Source: Candidatus Nanohalobium constans
GTDB taxonomy: Archaea > Nanohalarchaeota > Nanosalinia > Nanosalinales > Nanosalinaceae
DNA length: 32,000 bases
Assembly (NCBI RefSeq): GCF_009617975.1
Contig: NZ_CP040089.1
Coordinates: 510,001-542,000, forward strand
Direction of reading: 5' to 3'
Numbering within the stretch: the first letter of the stretch is position 1; every line of letters begins with the position of its first letter. Positions 1 to 8,262 of this stretch are shown here, piece by piece. The notes beneath the pieces are model-generated. The model was not told the DNA's origin and made no database searches. It saw only the letters and a list, made by a program, of their open reading frames with translations. The position numbers and the translations under genes were made by a program.

Positions 1-1
1 G

Positions 2-1186
2 AAAAGCCCTGAGAAGCACGGATTTGAAACACAAAACTACAGTACAGATTCAGAGAAAATCGAGGCTATCAGCCAGTCCGGTTTGAACAGTTTCGTGCAG
101 AGCCCTCGACTCTACTTCATGGACCAACTGGTGAGCGACGCCGACCAGGAGAAGTTCAGGAAAGGAAACCTATTCCACATGTACGCCGAATATCACGCCA
201 GCAACCCAGAAATAGCCAAGGACATCGAACAGGATGAAATCGTAAGTTTGATGATGGAAGAAATCGATGAATTCGCCGACGAGTTGGATCTCGAAGATCT
301 GGAGACGGAGTTCCGGATCGGTCTGGAGAATATCCGCAGCTATCTGAAAAATCAGGACCTGAAAGAGTTGGAGCTGGACGAGTACACTGAAACAGAAGAC
401 GAGAACATCTTTGTCAAGGAGTTTCCAGGAGGAAATGACGGGCTGGAGACAGAGGCATACTTCAAAGATAAGGAGCTAGGTGCCAAAGGAAAAGTCGACC
501 TAATACTCGACAAAAACCACTTAGTCGACTTCAAATCCGGAAGAAAATACACAGTGCAAAAGGTGCTGAAAAAATCACATCCAGAACTATATGAAGGCGA
601 AAAGTTCCCGGACTTCCAGCCACTCCTCTACATCACATTTCACCGGCAACATGTCGAGGGAAAAATCCATTTCACATTCCTACACTTCCTCAACGAACTC
701 GGAAACAGTGTGAACGGGGAAGACGCACAGACAAAAACCACGATAACCTACCATCCTGAAAACTTCCAGGAAAAGAAGGCTTCAATGGAAGTATTCGAAT
801 ACATGATCCGGGATGTCGCCAAAAGCAACGATCGGCGCAAAACACTGGAAAAACTCGGATACCAACAATACAGTAACTTCATGGAAGGAAGGAACCTGCC
901 AGAACCATTCAACAAAGACAAACTACTGAAATCAGAGTTCGCAGCCGAATTCGAAGAATTCGCAAAGCAGGAAGTCGGAGACTACAAATATGTGGAAAAA
1001 GGCGTCAAAAAAGCACTGAAAAAACTGGTCGACTTCAGAATGGAAAACTACTTCAAAGAAGACGCCGACCAGATGGAAGATTTCGTACAAGAAAAACTGG
1101 AAGAAATCAACGAATACATGGACTCCAGATTCCCAGTCGATGCAAACCCAGATGAACTACATGATAGAGACTTAATTTTGAAGTAG
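2..1186 (+). CDS. PD-(D/E)XK nuclease family protein (AddB/Cas4-like nuclease domain), 5' end outside the window
   Basis: The reading frame is open from position 2, so the TTG at 83 in the track is probably not the real start. Motifs seen: SGLNSFVQSPRLYFMDQLV and GNLFHMYAEY; GKVDLILDKNHLVDFKSGRK (a D...D-x-K core); FQPLLYITF (QxxxY-like). These are typical of PF12705-type nucleases. A UvrD helicase gene lies downstream. Confidence 0.7.
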   Translation, partial: KSPEKHGFETQNYSTDSEKIEAISQSGLNSFVQSPRLYFMDQLVSDADQEKFRKGNLFHMYAEYHASNPEIAKDIEQDEIVSLMMEEIDEFADELDLEDLETEFRIGLENIRSYLKNQDLKELELDEYTETEDENIFVKEFPGGNDGLETEAYFKDKELGAKGKVDLILDKNHLVDFKSGRKYTVQKVLKKSHPELYEGEKFPDFQPLLYITFHRQHVEGKIHFTFLHFLNELGNSVNGEDAQTKTTITYHPENFQEKKASMEVFEYMIRDVAKSNDRRKTLEKLGYQQYSNFMEGRNLPEPFNKDKLLKSEFAAEFEEFAKQEVGDYKYVEKGVKKALKKLVDFRMENYFKEDADQMEDFVQEKLEEINEYMDSRFPVDANPDELHDRDLILK

Positions 1187-1190
1187 GTTT

Positions 1191-1484
1191 TTAGTCGTAC
1201 ATTTTATGTGCTTTGTCAATGTCTACGATGTTTGTGACATCTACTGTGTTTTCGTCTTCCTTTATCCAGTAGAAAGCGGTGTGGCTTCTTGAGATATGCA
1301 TTCTGTAGATTCCCTGTCCGTTCATCGTGACTTTTTCTACATCTCCTTCGGCTTTCCTGTTCGGCCGTGGATGAGGCGCTTCGTAAAGAGATTTCAACTT
1401 GTTTCTGATAATTTTCTCGCTCTTCTCATCTACTTTTTCTAGGTACTCCTGTGCCTCAGGGCTCAGAATAACTTCATACTTCAT
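1191..1484 (-). CDS. RelE/ParE-family type II toxin
   Basis: 97 aa. The layout resembles archaeal RelE (KYEVILSPEAQEYLEKVD..., YRMHISRSHTAFYWIKEDENTVDVTNI). It overlaps the upstream small gene by 11 nt. Confidence 0.65.
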   Translation of the reverse strand: MKYEVILSPEAQEYLEKVDEKSEKIIRNKLKSLYEAPHPRPNRKAEGDVEKVTMNGQGIYRMHISRSHTAFYWIKEDENTVDVTNIVDIDKAHKMYD

Positions 1485-1665
1485 CCAGAGACTTACCCTT
1501 CATCTCGCCGTTCTTCGATTCCTCAAGCCGTGACAAAGTCCTAGCTTTTTCATTCTCAATCCTCATCTCCTCCAACAATTCATCCCAAGTCTGACCAGGC
1601 TCCTTGTCCTCACCCAACTTCTTCCAAGTCTCCTCAGAAACCGGAATCCTCTTAGTCGCAGTCAT
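1474..1665 (-). CDS. Small antitoxin-like protein (archaeal VapB/RelB-like, UPF0330-type N-terminus)
   Basis: 63 aa. The N-terminus KRIPVSEETWKKLGEDKEPGQTWDELLEEM matches the common archaeal antitoxin pattern (I-x-V/I-S-x-E-x-x-x-x-L ... SF/W-[SD]-[DE]-x-[IL]). It lies directly upstream of the toxin and overlaps it. Confidence 0.55.
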   Translation of the reverse strand: MTATKRIPVSEETWKKLGEDKEPGQTWDELLEEMRIENEKARTLSRLEESKNGEMKGKSLDEV

Positions 1666-1690
1666 TGTAAAAACTGTAAAGACTGTAAAG
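1666..1690. promoter_or_regulatory. Three direct TGTAAA repeats (spacing 8-9 bp) next to a TTTAAAA box, in the divergent TA/helicase promoter region
   Basis: Sequence ttgtaaaaactgtaaagactgtaaag, followed by atttaaaacc. It sits immediately upstream of the antitoxin start (1665, minus strand) and about 60 nt upstream of the helicase ATG (1752). Candidate antitoxin operator. Confidence 0.3.
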
Positions 1691-1751
1691 ATTTAAAACC
1701 TTTTGCAACAGCAGCAGAAACTTAACATCAACTCCAAAACTTCAGAAATAG

Positions 1752-4031
1752 ATGACAGAGTTTTCTCCAAATAAGCAGCAGAAAGAACTGATAGAGAATA
1801 CTGAAGGTATTTACCTAGTTGATGCTGGTGCTGGTACAGGTAAGACTTTCGCGATTACTCGGCGCTACATCAATATTTTGGAGGATCAGGAGCCTGAGGA
1901 TATCTTCCTAGCTACTTTTACACGAAATGCTGCGGATGAGATGAAAGAGCGTATCAGCCAGAAATCCGGTTATCGAGCCTCTGAAATCTTTGATGCTCCG
2001 ATTTCCACTTTCCATGCTCACTGCCAAAAAATCCTGGAGAGGAACGGTCATGAAGCACCTCAGATACTGGGAATAGATGAGTACCTTACTGAGGATGTTC
2101 GGGTTTTGGAGAGTCAGATTCGGGAGCGCCAGGAGTTTGAAGACTTTATATCTAATTTCAAGCAGAGGCATGAAGAGCATCAGGACTTTTTCAGGATTGT
2201 TAGGGACGACTCCAACCTGTTATCTTTACTCAAGTCGATCGCTGCGAAAGGAATAATGCCTGAAAATAATTCATGGTTTGGAGATACGGAAAAATACTTG
2301 GACGGCGATTTCGATGAGTTTAAACAGTTATTTGAAGAAAAGAATAAGCCGATTAAAGAGAACGGTGGTAGCAAACAGAGTGAGTTGAGGAGAAGGCTTT
2401 ACAGCTATAAATGGAAGAACTTTGATCCGGATGCTCCTAGCATCGATGATATACGCGGAGGATATGGAACTAAACAGGTCAGAAAAGATTTTTGTGAAAA
2501 AGCATTCCAGGAGGACAGGGAAGAATTGAAACAGTTTGTACACGATCTCTACACAGAGTACTTGGAGTACTGCCTTTCTCGAAACTACCTGAATTTTAGT
2601 TTCCTGATGGCATTGACCTACGCATTACTACACAAAAAACCTCAAATCAGAGAGGAAGAGAGCTTCGAGTATATCATGATCGATGAGTTTCAGGACACGA
2701 ACGAGATACAGTTCAAACTAGCGCTTCTACTCGCTGATAAACCTAACTTCTGTGTTGTAGGCGACTGGAAGCAGAGCATCTACAGTTTCCAGTACGCAGC
2801 TGTTGAAAACATACTGGAGTTTGAAGATAGGCTGGAGAAATACTCGGGAGAGCTGAATGGCAGCCAGGAGAGAGTAAACTTTTCAACTGAAGAAGTAGAG
2901 AAAATCGAATTGAAGAAGAACTATCGTTCAACCCAGGAAATACTTGATATATCTGAGAAAAGCCTTTCGCTTCCTGCCAACTCCAATGAAAACCCTGAGA
3001 CGCCGGAAATCACTTCACTTGAATCAGAGACAGGGGAAGATGGAGAAGTACTGAGAATAGAAGCTGAGGATGAGATAGAAGCAGTTCTTACCAAGATACA
3101 GGAATTGAAGCAGGAAGAAAGTTTCGATTACAGTGATATAGCGGTTCTGGCTCGTACTAGAAGCTTTGGACTAGACCTACAGCAAAAAGCCCGGAACTAC
3201 AACATCTCAGCTGCTTATGAGGGCGGAGTAGAATTATTCACCACTAATCCAGCAATTGTACTCTTGGCCTGGCTGAGAATCCTTCAGGACCGGCACTCTA
3301 GAAGGGGTTGGGCTGTTGTCCTGGAAGAAGCAGGCTACAAATTAGAAGAGGCGGAGAAAATACTTGAAGAAGGAGATTATCCAATCAACATGTTGAAATT
3401 TGAGCTGGAGCTTCAGAAAACTGATTCGGTTGAAGCTGTGGCTGAGAAAGTGTTTGAAAGATACGGGTATAGGAATGGATTTACTGAGAAGATCATAGAG
3501 GTGCTTGGAGATACTTTCTCCTCCACATACATGAATCTGGGGCAGTTGATTAACTTTATTGAGGAGAACATCGAGGAAGGCGAGATCTATGAGGTTGACA
3601 GCACAGGTAACGAGAATGCAGTGACTATACAGACTATTCACGCTGCTAAGGGGTTGGAGTATCCTGCAGTGTTTATCTCGGATGTCAATCGGTCGAAGTT
3701 CCCTTCCACGAATGGTTTCTCGCCCTGTATCATCTATAAAGATCCTATCGGGTTGAGGCAGTGTAAGAAGTTCTTGAGGAACGATTATGCATACAGTTTT
3801 GATAACTGGCGGACTGAGATCCTGGAAAAATGTCTTTCCGGGGAATATGACGAGGAGCGGCGTTTGATGTATGTTGCGATGACGCGTGCCGAGAAAAACT
3901 TGTACATTACAGCCGATGAAGAAAAGGCTTCAACATTCTTCACAGAACTAGATATAGAGAAAGTGGAGAGTAGAGATGCTCCTGAGAAAGTTGAGGAAGA
4001 AAATGGGGAAAGAAAGGTTTTCCAGGTTTAG
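1752..4031 (+). CDS. UvrD/Rep/PcrA-family (SF1A) DNA helicase with no C-terminal nuclease domain
   Basis: Motif I DAGAGTGKTF; Ia TFTRNAADEMKERI; II IMIDEFQDTN; III VVGDWKQSIYSFQYA; IV KKNYRSTQEIL; V TIHAAKGLEYPAVFI; VI RRLMYVAMTRAEKNLYI. Confidence 0.9.
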   Translation: MTEFSPNKQQKELIENTEGIYLVDAGAGTGKTFAITRRYINILEDQEPEDIFLATFTRNAADEMKERISQKSGYRASEIFDAPISTFHAHCQKILERNGHEAPQILGIDEYLTEDVRVLESQIRERQEFEDFISNFKQRHEEHQDFFRIVRDDSNLLSLLKSIAAKGIMPENNSWFGDTEKYLDGDFDEFKQLFEEKNKPIKENGGSKQSELRRRLYSYKWKNFDPDAPSIDDIRGGYGTKQVRKDFCEKAFQEDREELKQFVHDLYTEYLEYCLSRNYLNFSFLMALTYALLHKKPQIREEESFEYIMIDEFQDTNEIQFKLALLLADKPNFCVVGDWKQSIYSFQYAAVENILEFEDRLEKYSGELNGSQERVNFSTEEVEKIELKKNYRSTQEILDISEKSLSLPANSNENPETPEITSLESETGEDGEVLRIEAEDEIEAVLTKIQELKQEESFDYSDIAVLARTRSFGLDLQQKARNYNISAAYEGGVELFTTNPAIVLLAWLRILQDRHSRRGWAVVLEEAGYKLEEAEKILEEGDYPINMLKFELELQKTDSVEAVAEKVFERYGYRNGFTEKIIEVLGDTFSSTYMNLGQLINFIEENIEEGEIYEVDSTGNENAVTIQTIHAAKGLEYPAVFISDVNRSKFPSTNGFSPCIIYKDPIGLRQCKKFLRNDYAYSFDNWRTEILEKCLSGEYDEERRLMYVAMTRAEKNLYITADEEKASTFFTELDIEKVESRDAPEKVEEENGERKVFQV

Positions 4032-4561
4032 ATTTCGTCGCCGTATTTCCAATTGACTAGTAGGATTCCTAGGAATGCTGTGAAGGCCATGAGCGGGATT
4101 GTTACGATTCCCATGTAGAATGTATATTCTGTTTCGCAGCTGACCTGTGTTATTGAGCATCCAGCAGAACTGAACTGTTCAATCCTCTGGATTGCATAGT
4201 GGTATCCTGCGATTCCTCCACCAATTGTGGCCATTGGTACGGCGTATTCCACTACATCTGTGTCAAGCAACCATGAAACTCCGAAAAGGATGACTAATGG
4301 ATACATCATGATTCTTTGCAGCCAGCATAAGTGGCAGGGCGTGTAGCCGAGGATATTTGATGCGTAGAGGCTTCCTGAAGTAGCGATTAAAGCCAGTGCG
4401 AAACTTAGTTCTTTCCAGTATCCGTTCAGGTAGTTTTCTATTTTCTGCCAGAGTTCTTCAGCGTATCCGAATCTGGCTGCAGTAAAGACTCCAAATCCTA
4501 GAATTATTGCAGCTTCAAGTAGTAATGTTCCGATTGAGAGTATTTCTATGATGGGATCCAT
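4028..4561 (-). CDS. bdbC: Disulfide bond formation protein, DsbB/BdbC family, with an extra N-terminal TM helix
   Basis: GSLYASNILGYTPCHLCWLQRIMMYPLV, VPMATIGGGIAGYHY, the second Cys pair CSITQVSC, and IVTIPLMAFTAF all line up with Bacillus BdbC. The stop codon overlaps the helicase stop (shared TTAG, convergent). Confidence 0.85.
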   Translation of the reverse strand: MDPIIEILSIGTLLLEAAIILGFGVFTAARFGYAEELWQKIENYLNGYWKELSFALALIATSGSLYASNILGYTPCHLCWLQRIMMYPLVILFGVSWLLDTDVVEYAVPMATIGGGIAGYHYAIQRIEQFSSAGCSITQVSCETEYTFYMGIVTIPLMAFTAFLGILLVNWKYGDEI

Positions 4562-4617
4562 AAGTTGTAGTTGAGTTTGGTTGTGAATAAAAAATCTCCG
4601 GTGTCAAAAAGTCTTTC

Positions 4618-5019
4618 ATGGAGAAGCGCACCATAGTTCTGGTTGTTGCAGCGTTCTTCCTATCAACAGTCCTAGGTTTCGCAAGCCACACACTACTTCA
4701 GAACGGGGACTCTGAGTACACTGAAAGTTTTTCTCTGAGAGCAGATACCGAGGATGAAGTTGTAAATACTACTTTTGACGGCGACAACTACCTAGAGCTA
4801 AGACATGAAGAAGCACCCAAAGCTCGTTTCTACTTCAAAACCCAACAAGAAGAAAACGCAGAACAGATAGAAGATTTAAAACATGACGGCACACTTCAGA
4901 CGACGACAAAAATCCGTTCCTTCGGTAACAAAACCTACTTCCTATACCTTAGATACATGGACAACCCTAACCAGTCGGAAGACGGATATATGGAGCTTTA
5001 CAGAATAGAAGAAACATAA
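4618..5019 (+). CDS. Hypothetical secreted or membrane-anchored protein
   Basis: N-terminal hydrophobic segment IVLVVAAFFLSTVLGFA. Acidic remainder with three N-x-S/T sequons. No recognisable domain. Confidence 0.5.
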   Translation: MEKRTIVLVVAAFFLSTVLGFASHTLLQNGDSEYTESFSLRADTEDEVVNTTFDGDNYLELRHEEAPKARFYFKTQQEENAEQIEDLKHDGTLQTTTKIRSFGNKTYFLYLRYMDNPNQSEDGYMELYRIEET

Positions 5020-5031
5020 AAAAGAAGGTTT

Positions 5032-5847
5032 TTACCAGGGTGCGAATCCTGGATCGACTTCTCTTTCCTCTCTGTCGATTGATTCTATCTTTTCTACATC
5101 TTCTTCGTCTAATTCAAGGTCTTGTGCTTCATGGTTGTCTCTGATGTGTTCTTCGGAGGATGCTTTTGGGATAGCTACGACTCCGTCTTTCTGCATTAAC
5201 CAGGCTAGGGATACCTGAGCCTCAGAAACGCCGTGTTTATCCGCGATTTCGTTTAACTCAGGGATGTCGAATACTTTGCCACGAGCTAAAGGTGAGTAAG
5301 CGACTAATGTGATATCGTGTTCCCTGCATTTTTCCAGTAGTTCTTCTTGTTGAAGTAGTGGATGCATTTCGACCTGGTTGGCGATGATATCTTCTCCTGC
5401 TATTCCCATGGCTTCGTCAACTTGTTCTGGCGTGAAGTTGCTGACACCTATATTCTTAGCCATTCCTTTCTCCACTAGTTCTTGCATCGCTTCCAGAGTC
5501 TCTTCTGGTTGGTAGTCTCCGGAGGGCCAGTGAATGTACATCAAGTCGACCTTGTCAACTCCCAGTTTTTCCAGTGATTCCTCCATGCTGGGTACCACAT
5601 TTTCTTCAGAGAGCTGGTCTATCCAGACTTTGGATGCCAGGAAGAAATCGTCTCTGTCGATATCAGCTTCCTTGATTCCCTTGCCAACATGTTCTTCGTT
5701 TTCGTATACTTGGGCTGTATCAATATGCTTGTAGCCTATCTCTAAAGCTGTTTGAACTGATTTTGCACATTCATCTGACTCCGTGTTTTGCCAGGTACCG
5801 AGACCTAGCTTGGGAATAGAACTCATAATGTTACCATAGGTAACCAA
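5032..5847 (-). CDS. Aldo/keto reductase (2,5-diketo-D-gluconate reductase-like)
   Basis: LGLGTWQ, HIDTAQVYENEE, DLMYIHWP, IGVSNF and VAYSPLARG are the classic AKR signature blocks. Confidence 0.9.
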   Translation of the reverse strand: MVTYGNIMSSIPKLGLGTWQNTESDECAKSVQTALEIGYKHIDTAQVYENEEHVGKGIKEADIDRDDFFLASKVWIDQLSEENVVPSMEESLEKLGVDKVDLMYIHWPSGDYQPEETLEAMQELVEKGMAKNIGVSNFTPEQVDEAMGIAGEDIIANQVEMHPLLQQEELLEKCREHDITLVAYSPLARGKVFDIPELNEIADKHGVSEAQVSLAWLMQKDGVVAIPKASSEEHIRDNHEAQDLELDEEDVEKIESIDREEREVDPGFAPW

Positions 5848-5911
5848 TGATTGAAAAAGTGAAGGACGCTCTAAGAACCAGGCATTGAAACGTAAATTTG
5901 TGGGGAAAATA

Positions 5912-5919
5912 TTATATAA
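5912..5919 (+). promoter_or_regulatory. TATA-like box (TTATATAA) for the 5943 gene
   Basis: Centred about 28 nt upstream of the ATG at 5943, consistent with an archaeal leaderless transcript. Confidence 0.35.
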
Positions 5920-5942
5920 CAGCTGGAAAAATCCGATTTATA

Positions 5943-6560
5943 ATGAGAGAACCTGGTTTGGTCTTATCTAGTTCTGATCTGTATGCAGCAGCTGATAACA
6001 ATGATTTGATGTCAAAACCTGTGAGACTTGAGTTGTTGATGCTGTTGGATGAGAAACCGGTTAACACTGTTGGAAACATTGCGGAGATGCTCGACGGACG
6101 AACCGAAAGAAACGAGGCTAATCTTCAGCATAAACACATGCCTAAGCTGAAGGATGCTGGTGTTGTGGAGGATTCTTTCTTGGTGACTTATTCTCCTGAT
6201 AAAACTGTGAAAAACCACTTGGATGCTTACAAGCAAGTCCTAGAGTATAATGAAGCAGCTGATATCGATTATGTCGCAGATGTTAGTCAGGCTTTATCAA
6301 ATCCTGTTAGAGCTGAGACAGTCCTAATAATGGAAAGCTCTGATTTGGAAAGTATAGGCATAGACCAACTTATGGATAATCTAGAGACACCAGAGGGAAG
6401 CACCGAAGTACAGGTGAGACATCAAGTAGTTCCAAGTTTGGAGGACCAAGGAATTATCGAGTTACGTGATGAAGAAGTGTACTACCAGCCAACTGAAACA
6501 CTGCAGGACATAGTTGAATGTGAGAGAAATATTTACGGAAGAAACTCGTCTATTTCATAG
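5943..6560 (+). CDS. Protein with two tandem winged-helix (DUF7344-like/ArsR-like) modules
   Basis: Two repeats of the same pattern: PVRLELLMLLDE...LQHKHMPKLKDAGVVE and NPVRAETVLIMES...VRHQVVPSLEDQGIIE. I prefer the ATG at 5943 over the TTG at 5898 because of the TATA box position. Confidence 0.5.
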   Translation: MREPGLVLSSSDLYAAADNNDLMSKPVRLELLMLLDEKPVNTVGNIAEMLDGRTERNEANLQHKHMPKLKDAGVVEDSFLVTYSPDKTVKNHLDAYKQVLEYNEAADIDYVADVSQALSNPVRAETVLIMESSDLESIGIDQLMDNLETPEGSTEVQVRHQVVPSLEDQGIIELRDEEVYYQPTETLQDIVECERNIYGRNSSIS

Positions 6561-6892
6561 TTATCTATAAGCACTTCCTCTACTTTTTGCATCCTCTCCA
6601 TGTTGACATCTTCTGGCATGTAACGGTTAGGCGAACTTGACTCAGTTCTAGCCTCGACCACTCCAAGCTCCTCCAATATTTTAAGACATGAGCCTGTTAC
6701 GGGAGCAGAGACCGGAAAATTGTCAGCTATTTTGGATGAAGTGAAAGACATTTTCTTCTTAACACAGAAATAGCGCAAAGCACTTCTCATAACATAAAAC
6801 TGACCTGTAAAAACCTTGAACTTTCTCTCGTTCCCATCCTTAGCATCAACAATGCTTCGACGAAGATCCATCTCCTCAACTTCCTGAGCCAT
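6533..6892 (-). CDS. Hypothetical small protein, possible winged-helix
   Basis: 119 aa. The segment SSKIADNFPVSAPVTGSCLKILEELGVVEARTE looks like an HTH recognition helix plus wing. The 3' end overlaps the convergent gene by 28 nt. Confidence 0.4.
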   Translation of the reverse strand: MAQEVEEMDLRRSIVDAKDGNERKFKVFTGQFYVMRSALRYFCVKKKMSFTSSKIADNFPVSAPVTGSCLKILEELGVVEARTESSSPNRYMPEDVNMERMQKVEEVLIDNYEIDEFLP

Positions 6893-6961
6893 AACACTAA
6901 TACAAATTCAAAGAACTTAATTACTTCACACAAGACAAAAAACCCTTCTCCGGATAAGAAT

Positions 6962-7384
6962 TCAATCTTGATACTTAACGGTTAAAACCGGCATCTTAGA
7001 GTTTCTAATCACCTTCTCAGTGACGCTGCCAAGCAAAAACCTGTCAATTCCTGTCCTCCCATGGCTACTCATGATTATCAGGTCAACACCCCGTTCATCT
7101 GCAAAATCCAGTATAGTCTCACCTGGAGAACCATACTCAACAAAAGCATCAGCCTGAATACCCTCATCTTCCAACTCTTCCTGAATCTCCTTGGTAACCT
7201 TGAAACCGATCTCACGCAAGCTCTCAACCACTACATCAGAAATACTCTGCGGACCAGCTGAAACATCTACCACATACAAGATATACAGTTCAGCATCAAA
7301 CTTCTCAGCTAAAACCCTGGCATGATCAACAGCATCCAAAGAACCATCACTGCCATCAGTCGTCACCAAAATACGCCGATACAC
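6962..7384 (-). CDS. Universal stress protein (UspA family)
   Basis: RILVTTDGSDGSLDAVDHA at the N-terminus and DLIIMSSHGRTGIDRFLLGSVTEKVIRNSKMPVLTV at the C-terminus. The track start (TTG at 7408) adds an atypical extension; the GTG at 7384 gives the usual M-x-x-ILV-x-DGS spacing. The start is uncertain. Confidence 0.85.
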   Translation of the reverse strand: MYRRILVTTDGSDGSLDAVDHARVLAEKFDAELYILYVVDVSAGPQSISDVVVESLREIGFKVTKEIQEELEDEGIQADAFVEYGSPGETILDFADERGVDLIIMSSHGRTGIDRFLLGSVTEKVIRNSKMPVLTVKYQD

Positions 7385-7552
7385 CAAAACACACCCACGA
7401 AAAAACAAAGACTGGGAAACAATATTAGGAAAACTATAGCCAATAACAACTACAAAAACACAACAAAAACTACAGAAAACAAAGAAAGAGAAAAAATATT
7501 TGACGCTAAAAAATACGCTGCGGCAATCAAGCCGAGCAAATAACTGTATTTT

Positions 7553-7747
7553 TTAAGCTGCTGTAACGCCGACTGCTTTAGGACCTCTGTCGCCTTCTTC
7601 TTGATCAAATTCGACATCAGTACCTTCTTCAACATTCAGATCGCCGTCCATTTCATCACTGTGGAAGAAAACATCCTCATCCATTTCATCAGTTTCAATA
7701 AAACCGTAATTCTTCTGATCGTGGAAGAACTTAACTGTACCTTTCAA
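7553..7747 (-). CDS. Cold-shock domain protein (CspA family)
   Basis: GTVKFFHDQKNYGFIE (RNP1-like) and DVFFH (RNP2-like). The TTG start at 7747 is preceded by GGAGGTG 6 nt upstream. The longer track ORF (to 7798) adds a non-Csp leader. Confidence 0.85.
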   Translation of the reverse strand: MKGTVKFFHDQKNYGFIETDEMDEDVFFHSDEMDGDLNVEEGTDVEFDQEEGDRGPKAVGVTAA

Positions 7748-7853
7748 AATATAACACCTCCTTACATCAAAACAATAAACAAGTAACCTTATAGGCAAGA
7801 GCCAAGTAAAGAAAACTCAAAAAATGGGAACGCCCCCTCCCGTGAAAAAATTT

Positions 7854-7926
7854 AGCCACGTCCGGGATTTGAACCCGGGACCTCGTCCTTACCAAGGACG
7901 TGCTCTACCAGCTGAGCTAACGCGGC
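7854..7926 (-). tRNA. tRNA-Thr (anticodon GGU), no intron, CCA not encoded
   Basis: The reverse complement GCCGCGTTAGCTCAGCTGGTAGAGCACGTCCTTGGTAAGGACGAGGTCCCGGGTTCAAATCCCGGACGTGGCT folds as a cloverleaf. Acceptor stem 7 bp (one G-U); D stem GCTC/GAGC; anticodon stem CGTCC/GGACG with loop TTGGTAA; T arm CCGGG-TTCAAAT-CCCGG. Confidence 0.92.
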
Positions 7927-7995
7927 ACACAAAAAAGTGGTTTCAAAGGAGAAACTAAATAGAGAGGGGGAAAGAAAAACCTGTTGGAGAGTTTT

Positions 7996-8157
7996 TTATC
8001 CTGCAAACTGCTCGTTTTTGTGTCTTAGGTTGCTGTATCCACATTTCCGGCATGAAGTTTCTTCCGGATTATCTGTCTTGTTTTTTGCATTGCATTTTCT
8101 GCAGATGTAGATGTCTCCGAATAGTCTGTCTTCGGCTTCGTCGAATTTTTGAGCCAT
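7996..8157 (-). CDS. rpl40e: 50S ribosomal protein L40e (eL40), 53 aa; absent from the supplied ORF track
   Basis: Manual translation gives MAQKFDEAEDRLFGDIYICRKCNAKNKTDNPEETSCRKCGYSNLRHKNEQFAG. It has a CxxC...CxxC zinc ribbon with the L40e signature ICRKCnAxN...CRKCGxxNLR. Confidence 0.8.
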   Translation of the reverse strand: MAQKFDEAEDRLFGDIYICRKCNAKNKTDNPEETSCRKCGYSNLRHKNEQFAG

Positions 8158-8262
8158 TTTTAGTAATACCTCTTATAATCTGTCATTTGGTGATTATTTT
8201 TAAGTAGATTCTATTCGGCAGCAGACAAGAATTTAGAAGTACAGCACAGTTAATCAAAATAC

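Noticed and set aside
352-552. Short antisense ORFs inside the nuclease and helicase genes (352-552, 1908-2543, 2743-2931, 3342-3641, 3948-4160)
   Set aside because: All lie antisense within ORFs that carry strong family motifs, and their composition is low-complexity.
7409-7552. A/C-rich stretch with imperfect ACAAAAAC-type repeats, considered as a repeat array or CRISPR remnant
   Set aside because: The repeats are short, irregular and low-complexity. On the minus strand they read as oligo-T runs downstream of the csp gene, consistent with archaeal terminator signals. The track ORFs here (7322-7543 and 7450-7635) are low-complexity.
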